NCBI RefSeq assembly: GCF_963921235.1 | Contig: NC_086097.1 | Span: forward strand, 93,994,001 to 94,058,000 | Length of the DNA stretch: 64,000 nucleotides | Origin: Mobula hypostoma | Lineage: Eukaryota | Reading direction: 5' to 3' | In this document: positions 48,012-60,800 of the stretch, piece after piece | How the letters are laid out: every line of letters starts with the position of its first letter | How positions within the stretch are numbered: the stretch's first letter is position 1 | Program-made: the position numbers and the translations under genes | The notes under the pieces: generated by a model | Databases searched by the model: none | Told to the model about the DNA's origin: nothing | What the model saw: only the letters and a program-made list of their open reading frames with translations

Positions 48012-50348
48012 TAGAGTCATAGAAAACTACAGCCCTTTGGCCCATCTAGTCCATGCAAAACCATTTAAACTGCCTCGTCCCATCAACCATAGCCCTCAGT
48101 TCCCCACCCATCCATATACCTATACAAACCTCTTAAATGTTGGAATCGAAAGCACATCCACCTCTTGCGCTGGCAGCTCGTTCCACTCTCTCACCACCTT
48201 TTGAGTGAAGAAGTTTCTCCCATGTTCCCCTTAAACATTTCACCTTTCATCCTTAACCCAAGACCTCTACTTGTAGTTGTGCCTAACCTCTGGGAAAAAA
48301 TGCATGTGTTTACCATTTCTCTACCTCTCATAATTTTGTATACCTCTATCAAATCTCCCCTCAATCTTCTACGTTTTAAGGAATAAAGTTCTAAGCTATT
48401 CAAACTTTCCTTATAACTCAGGTCCTCCAGTCCAGGCAACATCCTTGTATATTTTCTCTGTACTCTTTTAATCTTATTGATGTCTTTCCTGTAGGTAGGT
48501 GACCAAAGCTGGACACAATGCTCCAAATTAGGCCTTGCCAATGCCTTGTACATCTTCAACATAACATCCCAACTTCTGTACTCAATACTTTGATCTATGA
48601 AGGCCAGTGTGCCAAAAGCTCTCTTTATGACCATATCTACCTGTGATGCCACTTTCAATGAATTATGGACCTGTATCCCCAGATCCCTTTGTTTACTGAA
48701 TTCCCTGGTCCCCTTCCGCTCACTTTGTAAGACCTCCCCTGGTTGGTCCTCTCAAAGTACAACACCTCACACTTGTCTGCATTAAATTCCATCTGCCATT
48801 GCTTATCGTATTATGAATAAGAGAAACTTTATTAATTTTATCCTTTTACAGTCTTCCTTGCTGTCCTCACAGCAGAGCAACATTAGCTATCCTCCAGTCC
48901 TCTGGGACCTCACCTGTCACTAAGGATGATTTAACTATCTCTGCTAGGGGCCCTGCAACTTCTGTGTTTGCCTCCCACAGGGTGTGAGGGAACAGCTTGT
49001 CAGGCCCTGGGGTTTTGTCTATCCAGATTTGACTCAGGACAGCAGACACCTCCTCCTCTGTAATCTGTGTAGTGTCCATGACCTCGCTGCTGCTTTGCTG
49101 CTATGGACCCTGTGTCCATCTCCCGAGTAAATACAGATACAAAAAAATCTATTTAAGTTCTCCCCCAAGTCTTTTAGCTCCACACATGAATTACCATTCT
49201 GATCTTCCAGAGGATCAATTATGTCCCTTGCAATCCTTTTGCTCTTAACATAACTTTAGAAGCCCTTAACTGCCTTTTAGCTCTCCTGATTTCTTTCTTA
49301 AATGTTCTCTTGCATTTCTTATACTCCTGTGGTACCTTATTTATTCCTAACTGCCTATACTTCCTTTTTCTTAACCAGGGCCTCAATGTCTCTTGAAAAC
49401 CAAGGTTTGCAAACCTGTTATCCTTGCCTTTTATACTGACTGACACATACAAGGTTTATACTCTCAAAATTTCACTTCTGAAGGCCTAACCCAGTTACCA
49501 AGTGCACCTTTGTCAGAAAACAGCCTGTCCAAATTGACACTTGCTGATACCATCAAAATTAGCCTTTCTTTCTGGGCCGGCTGGTGGCACAATGACATCG
49601 GTGCCGGACCCGGGAGCGGAGGTTCCCGGGTTCAAAACTAGTCGGGTCTGCTCCCAAGTATGCTTTCCATCCGTGCTGGGTTGAATGTCAAGATCGCAAC
49701 TCGACCTCGTAAAAATCAAGGGAAAAATACTGCAAAAATGTCTGCGAGGAGTGGCGCGCCACACAGTCTCTCTCTCTCTCTCGCTCCGTGCCTTGTAAAA
49801 GCCATAAAAAGACATCATCACGGACGCACACGCACAGACTCGCATGCGCACAGGCACACACAAAAAAACCAAAATTAGCCATTCTGCAATTTAGAATCTC
49901 AACCCGAGGACCAGACCTATCCTATTCCATCAGTACCTTGAAACTAATGGCATTATGGTCACTAGATCAAAGTGTTCCCCTACACAAACTTCTGTTACCT
50001 GCCTTGTCCCACTCCCTAGTAGAAGATCGAGCACACTCTATTGTTGGGACGTCTACTTTTCTTGTAACAGTCTGTGATCTCTGTGCAAATTTGTTTCTCT
50101 AAATTTTGTGGACTGTTCAGTGGTCTATAATAAAGCTCTATTAATGTGACCTTACCTGTGTTATCCCTCAGTTCGACCGATAAAGCCTCATTAGACGAGT
50201 TCTCTGTCTGCCCTGACTGAGCACTGCCGTGACATTTTCCCTGACTAGTAACACCATTCTTCTCCCTTTAATCCCTCCCATTTGTCGCATCTAAAACAAC
50301 AGAACCCCAGAATATTGAGCTGCCAGTCCTGCCCTTCCTGCAACCAAT
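48012..50348 (-). mobile_element. Decayed CR1 interrupted by a SINE
   Basis: ORFs 48191-48658 and 48867-49079 (KTPGPDKLFP, EDWRIANV). Confidence 0.85.
49570..49869 (+). mobile_element. tRNA-derived SINE with 16-bp TSD
   Basis: A box TGGCACAATG, B box GGTTCAAAAC, A-rich tail; TSD CAAAATTAGCC(T/A)TTCT at 49554-49569 and 49870-49885. Confidence 0.85.
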
Positions 50349-50589
50349 CAAGTGACCACGAAGGTTGCTGGAATTTTATTCCAACTGCCTAGAATTCCTC
50401 CATTCTGCATTATTTCCAAAAACAAGATTACATAGGTAGCCAGGATAAAATTTCAATGGAACAACAGGCCACAGCATTTTAAAGGAGAATTTCAATATAC
50501 CAAACAAGATGAGTATTCTTGAACTTGTCAACTTTAAGTGAACCAATAGCTCTTGAATTAGGAGATACATTTTGTATTTATATACTTTT

Positions 50590-52130
50590 TAGGATGTGGG
50601 GATTGCTGCCAAGGCCAGGATTTATTGCCCATCCTTAATTTCCCTTGACAGAGTTGGTGGGGTAGACCGGAGTTGTGGGAGCAGGAAGCTGATCTTGAAA
50701 TTCTTTTGTCCTTTATGTTGAAAGTGCTGTCATGGTGCTGTTGGAGACAGAGCTCCATGATTCAAACAAAACAATGACAGAACAGTGATATATTCCCAAA
50801 GGAGAATGATGTCTTGTTTGACGTTGCTGCAGAGTAGCCCTGTTGAATACTGTACTGTACTGCATTTTGTAGATGCTACACTGCAACCACAATGTGCTGC
50901 TGCTGGGGATTGAATGTTTAATGCGGTGGCAGTGAGATGGCAATCAAGTGGGTTGTTCTGCCCTTCTTTATTTTAGAGTGGCACTCATCTTGGCAAATTG
51001 GAGTGTATTTCATTGAGTTCCTGCCGTGCCTCATAGATGTTAGGCTTTGGGATATCAGGAGGTGAGTCACTTGATGCAGGAAAATATCCAAACTCTGGCC
51101 TGCTGTTGAAACCACAGGATTTATGCAGATAGGCATACGGGTTTCTGAGCAGTGGTGTCATTGAATATTACGGGTACATAGGTAGACTCTGATTTGTTAA
51201 CAGATGATGATTGCCCAGCATTTTGTGGTGCATTAGTTACCACTTCCCAGCCCGTGTTTGAGTGTTGTCTTGCTGCATCATAATTTTTCCTGAGGCTCTG
51301 AGAATAAAATTTAACCCTGTAATGATCAGCAAACAATCCCGCCTCTGACCTTGAGGGAAGGAAACTTCTTGATGAAGCAGCTGAAGGTAGTTTGGCTTAG
51401 GGCCTGAACCCCTGAGGGTACAGCTGAGTGTTGGTAAATGGGATGAGGACAGTTGGGTAACATGATGATCTGCATGTGCACGGTAGACCAAAGTGTCTGT
51501 TTTTATTCTGTATGACGCCATGATTGACCACGCTTCTTTTCTTTATGCAAATTGGAACTGCAGCTATTGAAATGATTCCCCTTTCTTCCACTTCAATTTT
51601 AATAGAGACCCTTGATGTCACTCCAGATCAAATGCAGCCTTGATCTTAAAGCAAATAACTCTTGCCTCACCTCTGTAATTTGACTCTTTGGCCCACATTT
51701 GGTATATGGTTGCATTGAGGTCCTCAGTAGACTGGTTCTGTCAAAATATAGGCTGGGCATCAGGGAGCAGGATAGTACCTAATAACTACTACATCTTCAG
51801 GCTCCTCTACCCCTTCTCATTGTTGCTATCAGGGAAGAGCCTGAAGACACATACTCAACCTTTTAGGAATAGCATCAAATTTCTAAATTGTCTGGGAACA
51901 CTAGCTCCCTATTTTTACTGCTTTTTATGCTAGTTAAGTGTATTGCACTGTACTGCTGCCACAAAATAACAAATTTCATGAACTCGTCAGTGAAAGTAAG
52001 TCAGATTCTGATCAATATTGCTGATTGGGAGTAGACTGGGTGATAATTAGGTGGGTTAGAATTGTGCTGCTTTTAGTGGGCATTATGTATCTGGGCGATC
52101 TTCCACTTTGTCAAGTAGACAGCAGTGAAG
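50590..52130 (-). mobile_element. Ancient LINE remnant (CR1/L2 group) containing a small Rex1 3' end (about 51800-52012, +); relative at about 59650-61130
   Basis: Shared motifs between the two regions (atttattgcccatcc, ctgcaacca, aggtgagtcacttg). Confidence 0.45.
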
Positions 52131-52265
52131 AAAAATCTGTAAAGCACAACTAGAAATCAAATGTATTTGTTGTATTCTATAAATTGCTTCTACTGCAGCT
52201 TCTGGCCTCACTCCAGTTGATTAGTGAGGTGAGTTTGCATCTGTTTAACTGATTTTTCTTTGCAG

Positions 52266-52359
52266 TTAATCAGTGGTGATCATGTGGGAGCTCTCGCAAT
52301 GAGTGAACCGAATGCAGGCTCGGATGTTATCTCTATGAAAATGAGGGCAGACAAGAAAG
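52266..52359 (+). CDS. IVD: IVD exon 5 equivalent (94 nt)
   Basis: ctttgcag|TTAATC...AAGAAAG|gtttgt; [31 protein letters not shown] with the acyl-CoA dehydrogenase SEPxAGSD motif. Confidence 0.97.
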
Positions 52360-53131
52360 GTTTGTGGAAGTATTTGCATAATGAGTAACATCACAAGATG
52401 TCTGGCAATAGATTTGTACACACAGTTTACCCACAGACTTCCTCCTGCCCTAGCTAGTTGTGGTTCCATCTGCCATTCACCTGTCCCCTAATAATTCCCA
52501 TTATCACCTCCCTTACTTATCAGACTACAACAGTATTGGTAGCTCTTTGTGCCTCTACTTGTGTTCCTCCAGTAGATGTCTCCAGCCTCCACGTTCTCCT
52601 CCCCACACTTTACTCTATCTCCCTTCCATTTTTCTCTGTCTGCCTCCATCAACCATTTCACCTGCTGCTTTCTCCCAAATCTGCCCTCCCCTCCTGTAGC
52701 TGGCACAACCTACATGTCACCCTTCACCTCCCCTCACTTCTCTTCATACGGGCCACTTCTCCCCTCTGCTGATTGCAGTACTTCCATCCAAAACATCAAA
52801 TATTTTATTTCTCGCAGAGATAAATAATTTCAATAGTTGGAGTTCAAAGCCACACCACAGAGTCACTCCAGCGGATAGCCTGTTGCTGCACATTCCAACA
52901 TCTGCAGTCTATTGAACTTTGATTGTTGCCCTTTGGCATGTATACTTCAATCCAATGCAGAAGGGTGAGATCAAAATAATCTTGCATCACAAGTCTGCAC
53001 TCCTTTAACACTTCCCTGAATGGTAACAAAAACCTCCCTATGAGTTGGGTATATATTACTGTTTTCTCATTCTGTGGCACATGGGATTTAAATGCTTCCA
53101 TCAACACTACACCAACCAGACAGTCACTGCT

Positions 53132-56100
53132 TTTTTTTAAATTTCAAAATATACTTTATTCAAAAATAAATATATACAATAAACCATTCAATAACTTTTC
53201 ATCCTTTACATACGTTTCCATTATACTCAGTACATATCCGTATTTATAGCCACCCACGTGGCACGCCAGTAGTTCAGCTTACCATATCATTGTTGAGGGG
53301 TATACTCCCCGCCCCCCGACCCCTCCCACTCCCACGGGTGGAGAAACCTATACTGTGGTCCTTCCCCACCGGGCCCTTGCGGTGGCTGCACCGAGTTTCA
53401 GTGCGTCCCTCAGCACGTACTCCTGCAGCCGAGAATGTGCCAGTTGGCAGCATTCTCCCACGGACATCTCCATGTGCTGGTAGATCATCAAGTTTTGGGC
53501 CGACCAAAGAGCATCTTTCACCGAGTTGATGATCTGCCAGCAGCACCGGATGTTGGTCTCCGTGTGCGTCCCCGGGAACAGCCCGTAGATCAGGGAGTCC
53601 TCTGTTACGCAGCTGCTGGGGATAAACCGTGACACTAGCCCCTCCATCCTCCTCCACACCCTCTCTGCGAACTGACAGTGTGCGAAGAGGTGGGTAACAA
53701 ACTCCTCCTCACTGCAGTTCTCCCGTGGGCAGTGGGGTGCGGAGACGACGTTCCGGGCGTACAGGAGGGCTCTGACTGGGAGGGCCCCTCTCACCGCCAG
53801 CCAGGCGAGGTCTTGGTGCCTGTTGGTGAGATCTGGCGATGAGGCATTTTGCCAGATGAACTGGACAGTCTGCTCAGGGAACCACCCCACTGTGTCCATC
53901 ACGTCCTTCTCCTGCAGTGCCTGCAGGACATTACGTGCCGACCACTGCCTGATGGCCCTGTGGTCAAAGGCGTTCTCCTGGAAGAACTTTGCTACGTAGG
54001 ACAGGTATGCCGGCAACGACCAGCTGACTGGGGCGTTGCGCGGGAGTGGGGCCAGACCCATCCTTCGTAGCCAGGGCGACAAGTAGAACCTGGGTACATA
54101 GTGGTACTTGGTGCCCACATACCTGGGCTCTACACACAACCTGATGCAGCCACATACGAAGCTGGCCATCAGGGTGAGGGCGACATTGGGGACGTTCTTG
54201 TCCCCGTTGTCCAGGGACTTGTGCATGACGGTCCGTCTCACCCGCTCCATCTTGGATCCCCAGACGAATCTGAAGACAGCCTGGGTGATTTCCGAGCTGT
54301 AGGAGCGGGGGACGGGCCAGACCTGCGCCAAGTACAGCAGCCCTGAGAGCACCTCACACCTGATGACCAGGTTCTTGCCCGTTATCGACAGGGAGCGCCC
54401 TCCCCACAGTCCCAGTTTCTGTTTCACCTTGGCAGTCCGCTCCTGCCAGTTCTTGTTGCACGCCTCAGCCCCTCCGAACCAGATCCCCAACACTTTCACG
54501 TGGTCAGACCTGATGGTGAAGGGGACGCTGGATCGGTCGGGCCAGTTGCTGAAGAGCATGGCTTCGCTCTTCGTGCGGTTGACTCTGGCCCCCGACACTA
54601 GCTCGAACTGTTTGCAGGTGCCAATCAACCTGCGAACTGACCTCGGATCAGAGCAGAAGACGGTGATGTCGTCCATGTACAGGGAGGTTTTCACTTGGGT
54701 CCCTCCACTGCCTGGCAGCGTCACCCCTCTTTTGCCCTCATCCCTCCTGATGGTTTCCGCAAAGGGTTCTATGCAGCAGACAAACAAGACAGGGGAGAGG
54801 GGGCAGCCCTGCCTGACTCCAGACCTGATGGGGAAGCTGTCTGTTTCCCACCCGTTGACCTGGACTGCACTACGGATGTCTGTGTAGAGCAGTCTAATCC
54901 AATTCCGGATTCCCTCCCCAAATCCCATTTTGGAGAGCACGTCCGCCATGTACGTGTGCAATATCCTGTCGAAGGCTTTCTTCTGGTCCAAGCTGACCAG
55001 GCAGGCATCCACCCCCCTGTCCTGCACGTAGGCGATGGTGTCCCTCAGCAGCGCGAGGCTGTCTGAGATCTTCCTGCCCGGTACAGCACAGGTTTGGTCC
55101 GGGTGGATCACCTGTCCCAGAGCAGACTTGACCCTGTTGACCCTGTTACTAGCCTTGGACAGGATCTTGTAATCCACATTCAGGAGAGAGATGGGTCTCC
55201 AATTTCTAATGTCCTCCCTTTCCCCCTTCTGCTTGTAGATGAGGGTGATGATGCCCTTCCTCATGGACTCTGATATACTGCCGGCCAGAAGCATAGCGTT
55301 GTACACTTCCAGCAGGTCTGGGCCCATCCGGTTCCACAGAGCCGAGTACAACTCAGCCGGTAAGCCGTCGCTTCTGGGAGTCTTACCCGACCCAAAGGAA
55401 CGGATGGAGCCTGTCAGCTCGTCCAGGGTCAGTGGCTGATCCAGACTCTCCCGCTTGCCATCGTCTAAGACCTGCGTGATAGACGACAGGAAGTTGTGGG
55501 AGGCTGTGGATTCTGTGGCCTTTTCGTCGTACAGACCGGCATAGAAGGATTTGCAGATCCTCAGTATGTCGGTCTGCGAGGACGCGACTGAGCCGTCCTC
55601 TTCCTTAAGGTTGTGGATCACAGAGCTCCCCCCGTGCACCTTTTGGAAGAAGAAGTGTGAGCACGTCTCGTCCTGCTCCACGGTTTGGACCCTTGATCGG
55701 AAGATGATCTTGGAGGATTCAGCGGTGAGGTGCTGGGCCTGCCGGCCCTTCACCTCTCGCAATTCCTCCCTGACATCCACCCCCTTCGACTGCAGAAGGA
55801 GAAGTTGCTGCAACTCTGTCTGGAGTTTACGCAGTTCCCTCTGCTCCTGCCTTGCCTTCTGGATACCCTTGCGGATGAAGAACCTCTTAATGTTCTCCTT
55901 GGTGGCTTTCCACCAGTGAACCGGGGAATCAAAGAAGGCTTTCAAGGTTCTCCAACCTGTGTACTCCCTCTCTAGTTCCTCGATGTTCTCTGGGGTCAGC
56001 AGCTTTACGTTCAGCTTCCAAGTCCCCTGCCTGCCTTCTGGTCCTCCCGCAAGTGACAGGTGGCTCTCAGAAGGCAGTGGTCAGAGAAGAACACCGGTGT

Positions 56101-57786
56101 GACGTCGGTGGACCTGACCGTGAGGGACTCTGAGAGGAAGAGGAGGTCGATCCGGGAGCGGGCTGAGCCGTCCGATCGTGTCCAGGTGGCTTGCGGCTGT
56201 GCTCCACCTGTGGGGGTGCCAAAGGCGTCGCACAGCTTGGCTGTCTTCACAGTTTCCCTCAGGAGTCTAGAGGTACTGTCCAGCCTGCTGTCGGCGTTGC
56301 CGGGTCCTCCAGCTGCATCAATGGTGCAGTTGAAGTCTCCGGCCAGAATGACCGGCTGGGACGTCACCAGCAGCTGTGGGAGCTGCTCGAAGACGGCCAG
56401 CCGCTCGCTCCGCACGGGGGAGGTGTACACGTTGATCAGCCGGAGTGGAGTGCCCCGGTGTTTGACGTCTGCTACCAGGAGGCGCCCCGCAACCACCTCT
56501 TTAACTTGGGTGATTGAGAAGTTGCCTCCCCGCAGCAGAATCCCCAGGCCGGAAGCGCGACAATCGTTGCCCCCCGACCACACAGGCAAACCTTTTTTCC
56601 ACCACCGTGACCACCTCCGGTAGTTACGGAGGTGTGGTAGTCCGCACTCCTGGAGGAACGTCACGTTGGTCTTTACAGTGTCCAGGTACTGGAGCGTGCT
56701 GACACATCGCCCAGTACTCTTCAAACTTCGCACATTCAAGCACGCCAATTTAAGGTCTGCCATCATTGTAAGTCTTTTATTTTGGCTGCTCTCCGTCCTC
56801 ACCCTTGCCATCCTGAGCCTTCATTCCCACCGCCTTTGTGAAGTTTTCCACCTCCTGTGGGCTCAGGTACTGCTGGTAGTACTCCTCCATGTGTGGCCGT
56901 TCTGGTTCTGGGCCCGGGGGGTTGTTGACTTCCTGGGCTGCTTCCCCTTCCGGCTGCTGGGTGCCAGCCGTGGCTCTGCTCCCGGATTCCCAGAGCTCTG
57001 TGTGTCTGCTGCTCTCCGCCTCCTGTACTTGGGGGGTGGCCAGCAGACTTCCTCCCTCCTCTCTCCTCCTCTCCACCTGTTCTGCCAGCCGCTTCTTCCA
57101 CCGGGGCTGCTGGCCTCCCCCAACTCCTTCCTCCTCTGAAGAGGACAGGGTACCAGAGGCTGTGTGGTTCCCTGCCCTTTTCTTGCGTTGCTCTGCCTTC
57201 TGTCGCTTGGCCGCCGCCTTTTGGGTCTTTTTGCGTTTCACGACCTTCCATTCCGTTTCCACCTCAGCTCTTCCCTCCTCCATGGACTCCTGCTTGTCGT
57301 TTGCCTGGTCCTGGAGGGTCTGCAGGGGGTGGCAGGTCTTGGGGTGCTTGCCCCTTCCTCCCTGGTTTCGTTATCCGTCCTGTCGGGTGCCTCGTCTGCA
57401 GCACTGGCGGGTACGTCCGAAACTGCCTGGGCCCTTTCAGGGCCAGCACCTCCCCTGGTCGCCTGTGCGTAGGTGCCCCCACGCCTCGGGCAGGCTCTGT
57501 ACAGGTGGCCAGCCTGTCCGCAAAGGTTGCAGGACTTGGCCTGCGTGCAGTCTTTGGTCAGGTGGTCTTCGGTTTTACAGTTCTTGCACATCACCACCCT
57601 GCACTGGGCTGCGATGTGCCCTGCCGTGCCGCAGTTTCGGCACACCCTGGGTTGCCCCGTGTACACCGTGTACCCTCGGTTCGCTCCGATGGCGAAGACG
57701 GAGGGGGGGGGGGGTGGATGTGGATGACGCCGCCATTGGAATCCAACCTCAGCTTCACCTTGACCTGCCGTTTGCTGGTCCAGATT
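53132..57786 (-). mobile_element. Young Tx1-clade LINE, truncated within ORF1, 16-bp TSD
   Basis: ORF1 with three CCHC knuckles; endonuclease 56011-56811 (LNVRSL, LQEC, GDFNC, SDH); 865-aa RT/zf-RVT ORF 53348-55945 (WRPISLLNVDYKI, GVRQGCPLSP, YMDD); AATAAA plus poly(A); TSD CCAGACAGTCACTGCT at 53116-53131 and 57787-57802. Confidence 0.95.
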
Positions 57787-57802
57787 CCAGACAGTCACTG
57801 CT

Positions 57803-59547
57803 AGGGCAAACCAGAAACCAAGGCTGACTGCAGTGGTTTGTGCACTGCTTAGGCATCAGGACGCTGCCTTTAGATCAGGGGACAGGACCACTCTAAGGTC
57901 AGCACGAGCTACACTCTCCCATGCCATCAGGAAGGCAAGGTGTGAGTACGCATGGAAAATCCACAGACGCCTTTGTGATACCAGGGAAACAGTGGATGTG
58001 GCAGGGTTTACAAACTATAACCGATTACAAGTCCATCCTGTATGTCAACAACAGTGACACCTTCCTTCCTGATAGGCTGAATGGCTTCTATGCATGATTT
58101 GACGCATTGATTGATGTGACATCAAGGAAAGTTCCCTCTCCCCCCCAAAGAACGGGCACCCACTCTGGCTGCAGCCGAAGTGAGGAGGATCCCAGCCAGG
58201 GTAAACCCACACAAAGCTGTGAGGTCGGACAACATACCTGATCAGGTGCTGAGGGACTGTGCAGCCCAACTAACAGGGGCCTTAATAGACATCTTCAATA
58301 TATTTTTGAAACAATCCACTGTCCCTGCAGTCTTCAGTGTAGCCACCATCATTCCCGTGCCCAAGAGAACGATGGTAACTGGTCCAAATGATTATCGTCA
58401 AGTGGCACTGAAGTGCTTTGAAGCGGCTAGTAATGGATCGTGTAAAATCCCACCCTCCAGATACATTGGACTGACCATATCCAGTTGGCTTTTTGCTCAA
58501 ACCGGTCCACTGATGGTGCCATAGCCTCGGTCCTCCACTTTGTCCTGTCCCACCTAGAAGGTGATGAAACATATGCCAGTTTGTTGTTTATTGACTTTCA
58601 GCTCAGCATTTAACATATTCATCCTTCAGAGGTTAGTGGGTAAACTGTTCTCGTTGGGAATCATCACCCTTCTCTGCAACTGGGTCTTGGATTTCTTGAG
58701 GAATAGACCCCAGTCAGTCTGAGTTGAGAGCAACATCTCAAGCTCTTCACACTGAGCACTGGTGCCCCCCAGGGCTGTGTGCTCAGCCCACTGCTGACTC
58801 ATGACTGCACTGCCAGATCCAGCTCAAACTGCATCATCAAGTTCACTGATGATACGCAGTAGTTGGCCTCATCAGCAACAATGATGAGTCGGCATACAGA
58901 GAGGAGGTAGAGAGATTTGTCAAATGGTGCGAGAACAACAACCTGAGACTCAACATGGACAAGACAAGAGAGATGACTGTGGACTTCAGAAAGGCACAGG
59001 TTGACAATTGTCCATTGCTCTGCTGTGGAGAGAGTGAAGAGCATAAAGTTCCATTGTGTGCACATAATGGATGATCTAACCTGGACTCTCAGCAGTGTCT
59101 GTAATTTCTGAGGAGACTGAGTTGTGCAAGGCTCCCCTCCTCCATTCTAACAACTGTCTACAGGAGCACTACAGGACTGTTGAGAAGATCATCAAGGTCT
59201 CCCTCCCCACTATTTGTGACATTTACCAGGAGTGTTGTAGATGAAGGGCCCGGCCCAAAGCATTGATGAGGAGGTACAAAAGCATCAGGATCAGACTGGG
59301 TAGCAGATTCTTCCCTTAGGGTGTGAGTCAAATGGATTCCGTGCTGCCACTGAGATCTCATCACTAGGACAGCAAGCAGTTTACCTGTGTTGTGCACCAC
59401 ACAGATTTTGAATTATATTTCATTAACTTATGGTAATATTTTTATGTGCTATGTGTGATATATGCTTTGTGGTGCACCTTTGTCCAGAGGAACATTGTTT
59501 CGTTTGGTTGTATATATGTACAGTCAGATGACAATAAACTTGAACAA
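57803..59547 (+). mobile_element. Decayed Rex1-type LINE, divergent subfamily, starting at about 53105 before the Tx1
   Basis: VNPHKAVRSDNIPDQVLRDCA, PVPKR..NDYRQVAL, GAPQGCVLSPLL; tail aataaacttgaac. Confidence 0.82.
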
Positions 59548-60135
59548 AGTTGACTCTATTTGGGATTTATCCACAAATGATAACTAGAAGTGTAAACTTG
59601 CATGGTCTGCATTATACATTCTCTTCTCACTGTTGGTGCCTTTTTAAGAATTCACTTTTAGGATCCAAAGGGAGAATCAGCATTCATTTCCCATTCTTAG
59701 TTGTCCTTGACCAGATGTTGATAATCTGTCTTCTTGGATTGCTGCTTTCTTCATTTGGGTTAAGGTCCTTTCCCATCGCAGTTGGACAGGGAGCTCAAGG
59801 ATTTACATTCAGTAACAAAGAAGGACGAACAATTTATTTCCAAGTCAGGATGATCTACAGCTGCGGCTAGTGGTGTTCCCCTGCACCTGCTGCCTGACCC
59901 TCCTTGGGGGAAGAGGTTTGGGAGGTGGACTCAGGGTAGTATTGATGAATAACTGCTATCCATTTTGTAAGTAGTATGCACTGCAACCATTGGGCACAGG
60001 TGGTGAGGGAAAGAAGGTGGAGATTGGGGTGCCAGTCAAGTAGACTGCTTTTACACTGGTGATGACAAGAGAGTTGTTGACACAGCGGCCATTCAGGCAT
60101 GGAGAGTATTCCATTATACTTTCTTTTAACTGTAT

Positions 60136-60800
60136 TAGGAGGAGGAGAAGATGGCGGCGCGACGCAGCGTGCGTGGCCGCTCCGAAGTGATATCGTATTT
60201 GTAAGTAGGGGCCGTGCACAATCCTGATTTGATGGAGACAGACGTGAGAAGCACGGAGGAACTTCTGAAATGCCTGCTTTGCTGCCGTTGCTACTGTGGG
60301 ATCAAGAATCTCTGGAGGGGAAGGCCCCAAATCCTCGGCTTTGCCTATTGCCTGTTGCTGGGGCTGGGGTCGAAGCACTCGGCAGAGATGGTGCTCAGTG
60401 CTCGGTATCAGAGGGCTGGTCGGATACTCAAAGTTTTCAGACGGACTCAAGAGTTGGCTGTGGTCATTTGCTTCCAGGGTGCTGCATCAGCAAGTTTGCG
60501 GCGCTGGAGGTTCATGGCAGGAAGAGATTTTCTCTTCCTTCTACCATCTGCATGAGATGATGGGACTTTCGAGAGACTTCGAGATTTTTTTTACCGTGCC
60601 CATGGTCTTCTTTATCAAGTTACGGTATTGCTTTGCACTGTTGTAACTATATGTTATAATTATGTGGTTTTTATCAGATTTTTTAGTCTTGGTTTGTCTA
60701 GTGTTTCTGTGATGTCATTCTGGAGGAACATTGTTTTATTTCTTAATGCATGTATTACTAAATGACAATAAAAGAGGACTGCGTGTCCTCATAATCTAAT
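60136..60800 (+). mobile_element. Non-coding retroposon without Pol III boxes
   Basis: CpG-rich start GGAGAAGATGGCGGCG, T-rich 3' part, AATAAA, tail ataatctaat; interrupts an older repeat. Confidence 0.65.

Noticed and set aside
53435..57827. Many + strand ORFs up to 312 aa
   Set aside because: Antisense shadows of the GC-rich Tx1; no recognisable motifs
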